Assembly (NCBI GenBank): GCA_035341855.1
Contig: DAOQWA010000012.1
Span: 2,451 to 66,450 of the forward strand
Length of the DNA: 64,000 nucleotides
From: Bacteroidia bacterium
GTDB taxonomy: Bacteria; Bacteroidota; Bacteroidia; AKYH767-A; 2013-40CM-41-45
Direction of reading: 5' to 3'
The notes under the pieces are model-generated. The model ran no database searches. It was not told the DNA's origin and was given only the letters and a program-made list of their open reading frames with translations. The first letter of the stretch is position 1; the number at the start of each line of letters is the position of its first letter. This document shows, piece by piece, positions 58,766-64,000 of the stretch. The translations under genes and the position numbers were made by a program.

Positions 58766-61060
58766 CTAGTCTTGTTTTAGCATTAGAACTGAACGAACAA
58801 ATGTTTTGCTTCGTAATTCTACCAGATACAAACCATTAGCTAATTCCTTCCCGGCACGAATAGTCCCGGTTTTGTTTTCTATTGCCTCCAACATGCGTCC
58901 GCTTTGATCATAAACATATAAACTCAGATTTTCATCCGTTTCTATATTAAAAGTGCTACTGAACGGGTTGGGGTATAAAACTATTGCATCTTTCATGCCG
59001 GCTGATGGCTCAAGACCTGTACAAATATCCAGGGTCACTTCAATAGTATCTTTGCCAATACATGAAAAACTATTTGATACACTAACCCTGAATGAAAATG
59101 TTCCTGTACCTCTTCCATTAGTATCAACTGTTATCACCTGAGTATTCTGTCCGGTGTTCCATAGATAGCTTGAAAATCCTGCACCTGCATCCAATTCTAA
59201 ACTTTCATTTTGACAAATAGTTGTATCTGGTCCCAAACTAACAACAGGAACTGCATTTACCACGATATTCTGTGTATCTCTGCCTGCACAGGTATTTGAA
59301 TCAATATAAGTGTAAATGATTGGGTGCGTTCCTGCACCTGCAATACCGGTGTAAAAGGTAGTTCCCCCTACTGCATTCCCGCTGTAAGTTCCACCACTTG
59401 GCATACCGGAGTTTAAGCTTACCGGTCCGGTGTTGGCACAAACACTTGCAAATGTCCCTAATGTAACCTCCGGAGAGCTATTAACCATAATGACAGATGT
59501 GTCTGTATTCACACAACCGTTTGAATTTGTATATGTATAGGTAATTGTATGAAGACCTGTATCAGCAACAGCAGGTGAAAACACATTAGAACTCACCCCA
59601 TCGCCACTATAAACACCACCGAGAGGATTGCCTCCGCTGAGTGTAAAAGGGCTAGCACTTTTGCATACATCACTAAGCGAATTAAATGTCACAGAAGGCA
59701 ATCCGCCAACTTGCAGGGTTCCTGTAGTTGAGTCAGAACAACCTGATGCATTGGTAAAACGATATGCTATGGTATGTGTGCCTACTCCTGCAACACCAGG
59801 ATCAAATTCACCGGCACTAACCCCGGGACCTGAATATACTCCTCCTGTAGGAGTTCCTCCGGTCAATGCAAATGGAGCTGCGTCAATACAAACAACGGCA
59901 AATGTAGCCAGGCTGACAGTTGGTGATGCATTAACTGTGATAGACGAACTGGCAGAACTCGAACAACCGTGGGAATCGGTATATTCATAGGTGATCGTGT
60001 GTGTTCCGGTTCCTGCATCTACAGGATCAAAAACACCTCCGCTGACTCCGCTTCCACTATAGCTTCCTCCGCTGGGACTACCACCACTTAAAGTCACTTC
60101 TCCGGCATTATAACATCTGTTGGGAAATGATGATAAGGTTACCGTTGGCAAGCTGTATACGATAAGAGTTCTTGTAGCAAAATTCGAACATCCCTGAACA
60201 TTCGTATAAGTATAGGTAATCGTATGAAAACCCGTTCCTGCATCATCTGCGCTAAAGGTGTTTCCACTCACACCTGGACCACTATAAACGCCTCCCGATG
60301 GAGAGCCTCCACTGAGTGTACGCGGGTCATCATCAATACATGAACTGGGTTGTGATGCAAGCGATACGGTTGGTTTTGGATTTACAGTCAATGTTATTCT
60401 TTCATAAGCCTGACAACCTGAACCATCAGTACCTAAGACCGAATATCTTGTTGTTGCACTCGGTGAAGCAACTACAGACGGACCAACAGTAGTTGACAAA
60501 CCACTTCCCGGCGACCAAATATAAGTACTGGCACCAGAAGCATCCAAATTGACTGAAGAGCCAGAACATAACACTGTATCGGATGCTGTGATTTCAATCG
60601 ATACTCCAAATGGAATAGTATCTGCTTCAGGATAAATTGAAGTAAGATAATCACTTCCTCCTCCTGTGCCGTTAAACTCGAAAATCGCAAAATAGTAGGT
60701 CTTGTTTGCATTTAGGGCCGTTACAGTGACGCTACTTCCGGTTGCACTATATACTACATAATTATTGCTTCCAAGATCGGTCCCTGAACCAAATATATTT
60801 CCTGCAACATAACCGACTCCATCAACAGGGAAACTACTCACAGGACTTCCGGATGAACCAACAACTAATCTCCTCGTACCGTCTCCCTGCACCCAACTGA
60901 TGTCGACTTCATTGCAATTGCTAACCGATAAAGTCATCAGGGAAGAAGGAATGGTAGGCTCCACAGCCTGACTATTATTTACACTACCGAATATTGAAAG
61001 GATAATTAAAAGAAACAAACTGAGGGTGGTTGTATCTTTTTTAATAGAAACTGGTTTCAT
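58766..61060 (-). CDS. T9SS-secreted surface protein with FN3-like N-terminus and tandem Ig-like repeats
   Basis: Signal peptide, DISWVQGDGTRRLVV...YYFAIFEFNG, five 75-aa repeats and LYPNPF CTD. Confidence 0.85.
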   Translation of the reverse strand: MKPVSIKKDTTTLSLFLLIILSIFGSVNNSQAVEPTIPSSLMTLSVSNCNEVDISWVQGDGTRRLVVGSSGSPVSSFPVDGVGYVAGNIFGSGTDLGSNNYVVYSATGSSVTVTALNANKTYYFAIFEFNGTGGGSDYLTSIYPEADTIPFGVSIEITASDTVLCSGSSVNLDASGASTYIWSPGSGLSTTVGPSVVASPSATTRYSVLGTDGSGCQAYERITLTVNPKPTVSLASQPSSCIDDDPRTLSGGSPSGGVYSGPGVSGNTFSADDAGTGFHTITYTYTNVQGCSNFATRTLIVYSLPTVTLSSFPNRCYNAGEVTLSGGSPSGGSYSGSGVSGGVFDPVDAGTGTHTITYEYTDSHGCSSSASSSITVNASPTVSLATFAVVCIDAAPFALTGGTPTGGVYSGPGVSAGEFDPGVAGVGTHTIAYRFTNASGCSDSTTGTLQVGGLPSVTFNSLSDVCKSASPFTLSGGNPLGGVYSGDGVSSNVFSPAVADTGLHTITYTYTNSNGCVNTDTSVIMVNSSPEVTLGTFASVCANTGPVSLNSGMPSGGTYSGNAVGGTTFYTGIAGAGTHPIIYTYIDSNTCAGRDTQNIVVNAVPVVSLGPDTTICQNESLELDAGAGFSSYLWNTGQNTQVITVDTNGRGTGTFSFRVSVSNSFSCIGKDTIEVTLDICTGLEPSAGMKDAIVLYPNPFSSTFNIETDENLSLYVYDQSGRMLEAIENKTGTIRAGKELANGLYLVELRSKTFVRSVLMLKQD
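59249..60373 (-). repeat. five tandem 225-bp (75-aa) coding repeats
   Basis: Units of the form PxVxL...C...LxGGxPxGGxYSGxGV...F...AGxGxHxIxYxYT...C; 5 x 225 bp spans the interval exactly. Confidence 0.85.
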
Positions 61061-61326
61061 GATTGGTTTGATTGGTCATTGGGTCAGAATTCTTCTTACT
61101 AATTTGAGAGTGGAAAGTTCCGTTTTATCTGTATTGATTTCTTGTTTTAAGATGATAGATCCTCTACGAAATTCGGATCATTCAGGATAGCATCGCCGGA
61201 AGCACTCATTGAGTAGCCATCTTCTCCTGCATCCGGAATATTAAATATACTCAAAATTAGAATTCCTCCAAGGCTATTTGGATGAAACAAATGCTTTACA
61301 AATGAAAAATCATGAATTTCCTGAAA

Positions 61327-61761
61327 CTAGGCTGCCAAGGACAACAACTCAACAATGTTTAATGGCTTCTTGAGATAATTCAATACATATGGGTTTCTGA
61401 TAGCCCGGTAGTAGTCGATCAAATCTGTTGAAGATGTTAACATGATGATACTGGTATTAAATCGAATTGAAGGGTCCAGATCTTCAAACAATTTCAAAAA
61501 CCCAAAACCGTCAATACCCGGCATTTTTATGTCCAAAAATACAAGGTCCGGCGTCTTTCCGAAACGTCTAAACTCGTTCTCCAGGTAAGAAATACCTTCA
61601 TTAGCTGAAGTGACACTTGTAACAGCAGAGGCAAAATTATTTTTTAGGATAATGGATCTGTTGATCAGGTTGTCAGACTCACTATCATCAATCAATAAAA
61701 TGCTTTTATACAAAAACTGATTCTTAAGAAACATGCTTAATCGAATTTCAAAACCCTTCAA
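61327..61761 (-). CDS. single-domain response regulator (CheY-like)
   Basis: LLIDD, FLDIKMP, LTSS and KKP. Confidence 0.9.
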   Translation of the reverse strand: MKGFEIRLSMFLKNQFLYKSILLIDDSESDNLINRSIILKNNFASAVTSVTSANEGISYLENEFRRFGKTPDLVFLDIKMPGIDGFGFLKLFEDLDPSIRFNTSIIMLTSSTDLIDYYRAIRNPYVLNYLKKPLNIVELLSLAA

Positions 61762-61929
61762 TAAAAAAGATAAGCAAAACTAAATCAGATAGGACTGAAT
61801 TAATCCATCTTCCTTACACTTTTATCAACATTAAAAGTCTCATAGCAATCCGGCCGAAAACACCGTTAAAAACAAACAAAAAATCTGCCTGATAATTAAT
61901 TTGCAAGCTTAATACTATACACAAAAACA

Positions 61930-61956
61930 AAAAAGGTGTTCCTTGAACACCTTTTT
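61930..61956. terminator. bidirectional-type intrinsic terminator
   Basis: AAAAAGGTGTTC-ctt-GAACACCTTTTT, downstream of the cyclophilin gene. Confidence 0.8.
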
Positions 61957-61979
61957 GTCAATTCATTAAATAAAATTAT

Positions 61980-62411
61980 TTAGACGAGCTCAATTTTTTC
62001 AATCTCATCCCCTTGTCTTATCTGATCAATGACCTCAAGTCCTTCAATAACTTTTCCAAAGCAAGTATGCTTTCTGTCTAGATGGGCGGTGTTATTCCTA
62101 CTGTGGCAGATAAAAAATTGCGAACCACCGGTGTCCCTACCGGCATGCGCCATTGACAAAACTCCTCTGTCGTGATGCTGATTGCCACCATCCAGTTCAC
62201 ATTTTATTTTGTATCCGGGACCGCCGGTGCCTGTCCCTTGTGGGCAACCGCCTTGTATTACAAAATCAGGGATCACTCTGTGAAATGTTAATCCGTTATA
62301 AAATCCTTTTTCAATTAGATCACAAAAGTTCTTCACCGTTCCCGGCGCATCTTTTTCAAACAATTCGACCTTCATTAAACCTTTACTGGTATGGATATTG
62401 GCTGTTTTCAT
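61980..62411 (-). CDS. cyclophilin-type peptidyl-prolyl isomerase
   Basis: [29 protein letters not shown], and [10 protein letters not shown]. Confidence 0.95.
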   Translation of the reverse strand: MKTANIHTSKGLMKVELFEKDAPGTVKNFCDLIEKGFYNGLTFHRVIPDFVIQGGCPQGTGTGGPGYKIKCELDGGNQHHDRGVLSMAHAGRDTGGSQFFICHSRNNTAHLDRKHTCFGKVIEGLEVIDQIRQGDEIEKIELV

Positions 62412-62436
62412 CGTTATATTATTTTTATTGAAGGGA

Positions 62437-62444
62437 CAAAGGTA
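62437..62444 (-). promoter_or_regulatory. Bacteroidota -7 box (cyclophilin)
   Basis: TACCTTTG on the minus strand. Confidence 0.6.
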
Positions 62445-62450
62445 AGAATA

Positions 62451-62873
62451 TTAAGGGTGTTTATTAGCCGGCATGAGCCTTACCTCGTATTTGGAAGCCA
62501 TTCTTTCAAGCATTTCATCTGATATGCCATGAATATTTCTTCCTCCATGCCTGTTTTCAACAGTCACCACATACACCCTGTACTCATACTCTCTTGCTAA
62601 GTTTTCATAAGGTTCCATCTCCCAGTCCATCGTAAAGGTGTTGTCAACTAAGATCTTTTCACTCTTAGCTTCCATACTTTTCCGTGTATTTTCTACACAT
62701 TTTGAATAGGCAAGGTGATTGAGCTTATGGTCGAAATGATACTTCCCGCTATTTTTATCTGTAAAAAAATCGTCTACACAATAAACAGGGTACTTGCCCC
62801 CTTCTGAGAGAACTTGTGCCAAACTGCTTTTTCCTGAACCGGGTAATCCCCTGATTAATATTAATGACTTCAT
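62451..62873 (-). CDS. AAA_33 / N4BP2-like P-loop kinase
   Basis: IRGLPGSGKS, DDFF, VDNT and NIHGI. Confidence 0.82.
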   Translation of the reverse strand: MKSLILIRGLPGSGKSSLAQVLSEGGKYPVYCVDDFFTDKNSGKYHFDHKLNHLAYSKCVENTRKSMEAKSEKILVDNTFTMDWEMEPYENLAREYEYRVYVVTVENRHGGRNIHGISDEMLERMASKYEVRLMPANKHP

Positions 62874-63062
62874 GTATTAAAGTCTCGCATTTTATATTAG
62901 AATGATATTATATAGCCATATATAAACATACAATATAACTAAATTGCATTTTTGATTATTTAAAGAATTGCTCTTCGCCCAAAACAATAAACCGTAATAC
63001 TTCCCCTCAAATGGGAAAATATTACGGTTTTGGGTTCCTGTGATTAACAGGTCCTAAATAAA

Positions 63063-63671
63063 TTATCGCCTATAGTTAATCTCCATAGACTTGAATTCTT
63101 TACCCTCTTGAGTAGCATACATCTCAAAAATGTGATGATTGTCAGCAACAAACTTGTAAACTTCGCGAGTCTTAACTTCCTTTCCTGTCATAGGATCGAT
63201 GTAACTACCTTTGAAAGTAATTGAATTTGTCTTCTCATCATAAGGACCTTCAGAATACATGATACCTGTACCCATATTATCTGACCAGGTGTTTACAAAC
63301 ATGTTTTTCAGGTTGTCATAACCAACAAGGCCACGTCCTTCATATGGCATACCCATTACGCTGCTTTCATATTTTGACTCCTGGTATCTTCCGCCAAGAA
63401 TCATTTCATTCATACAGCTACCGGTACTGGTTTGTGGTTCTGCATTAGGAGCCATCCACATTTTCATGTCGGTCTTCCACTCTCCTGCTCCCGAGGCCAG
63501 CAATTTATGCATCGGTCCTACTGCCATTGCTTTTTCCCAGGCAGCATTTTCAGCGTCACTCGGACCACCTTGAGCTTTGTCAGCTGCCATCTCAGCATTA
63601 TCCTGAGCCATCAGACTCGTTCCTGCGCATAGCAAAAATGCCATCGCCAATGATTTTAAAATAGTTTTCAT
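63063..63671 (-). CDS. DUF1579-family secreted protein
   Basis: Signal peptide (LMA/Q), GPMHKLL..GEW, ILGGRY, GYDN...WSDNMGTG. Confidence 0.85.
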   Translation of the reverse strand: MKTILKSLAMAFLLCAGTSLMAQDNAEMAADKAQGGPSDAENAAWEKAMAVGPMHKLLASGAGEWKTDMKMWMAPNAEPQTSTGSCMNEMILGGRYQESKYESSVMGMPYEGRGLVGYDNLKNMFVNTWSDNMGTGIMYSEGPYDEKTNSITFKGSYIDPMTGKEVKTREVYKFVADNHHIFEMYATQEGKEFKSMEINYRR

Positions 63672-63901
63672 GTGTTGTGTTTTTGGATTAGGGCTTCAAA
63701 TTACTAAATAAAGAAAATTAGCACAAACTTATTAGTTTTAACGCCGTAATTTGTGTGAATATCAAGCAGTTACTTGGGACAAACAAAACTAGATACACTC
63801 ACCTCTTTTGATTAGAAAGATCCAAAATCGGTGTTATTCTGTCACCTTCAGACGTACTCCTGATCCAAAACACAAGGGATACACTCAATAATTAAAGCTT
63901 T

Positions 63902-64000
63902 ATGAAACGTAAACCTTCTGTCTTTCCATTTGCACTATTGATTATTCTCACAAAATATATTCCGGAATTAAAATCCTTTGTGTCAATACTTAGCTCCACA
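63902..64000 (+). CDS. possible 5' end of a gene running off the window
   Basis: The ATG opens MKRKPSVFPFALLIILTKYIPELKSFVSILSST with no stop, and the start resembles a signal peptide. Confidence 0.3.
   Translation, partial: MKRKPSVFPFALLIILTKYIPELKSFVSILSST

Noticed and set aside
1344-63632. Many 60-170 aa ORFs overlapping larger genes on the opposite strand or in another frame
   Set aside because: They have no recognisable motifs and are explained as shadow ORFs of well-supported genes.
1-64000. Mobile elements, prophage, rRNA or tRNA genes
   Set aside because: No transposase, integrase or phage genes, no terminal inverted repeats, and no cloverleaf or rRNA signatures were seen.

Overview
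This 64-kb window comes from a Bacteroidota chromosome. It shows TAnnTTTG promoter boxes, six proteins with a type IX secretion (T9SS) C-terminal domain, and the porZ-recO gene pair. Most of it is housekeeping: dxs, asnS, cysS, SDR threonine dehydrogenase, recO, scpA, yicC-gmk-nadD, a cystathionine lyase/synthase, polA, a DEAD-box helicase and a cyclophilin. Three accessory blocks stand out. (1) At 56.1-58.7 kb a WYL/WCX transcription factor is followed by a DUF2779-type protein that fuses a Cas4-like Fe-S PD-(D/E)XK nuclease to a DEDDy exonuclease. A related palindromic box (ACGCA-N7-TGCGY) lies upstream of both genes. (2) At 44.3-55.0 kb a four-gene thiotemplate operon (carrier protein, free-standing condensation-like acyltransferase, FAD oxidoreductase, adenylating enzyme) and a convergent sulfotransferase sit between the carotenoid genes crtD and crtZ. 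(3) At 14.8-23.0 kb a membrane glycosylation block (GT-C-like proteins, GT9, methyltransferase) lies directly upstream of porZ. I found no rRNA, tRNA, CRISPR array, transposase or integrase. All family assignments come from motif recognition by eye, not from database searches.
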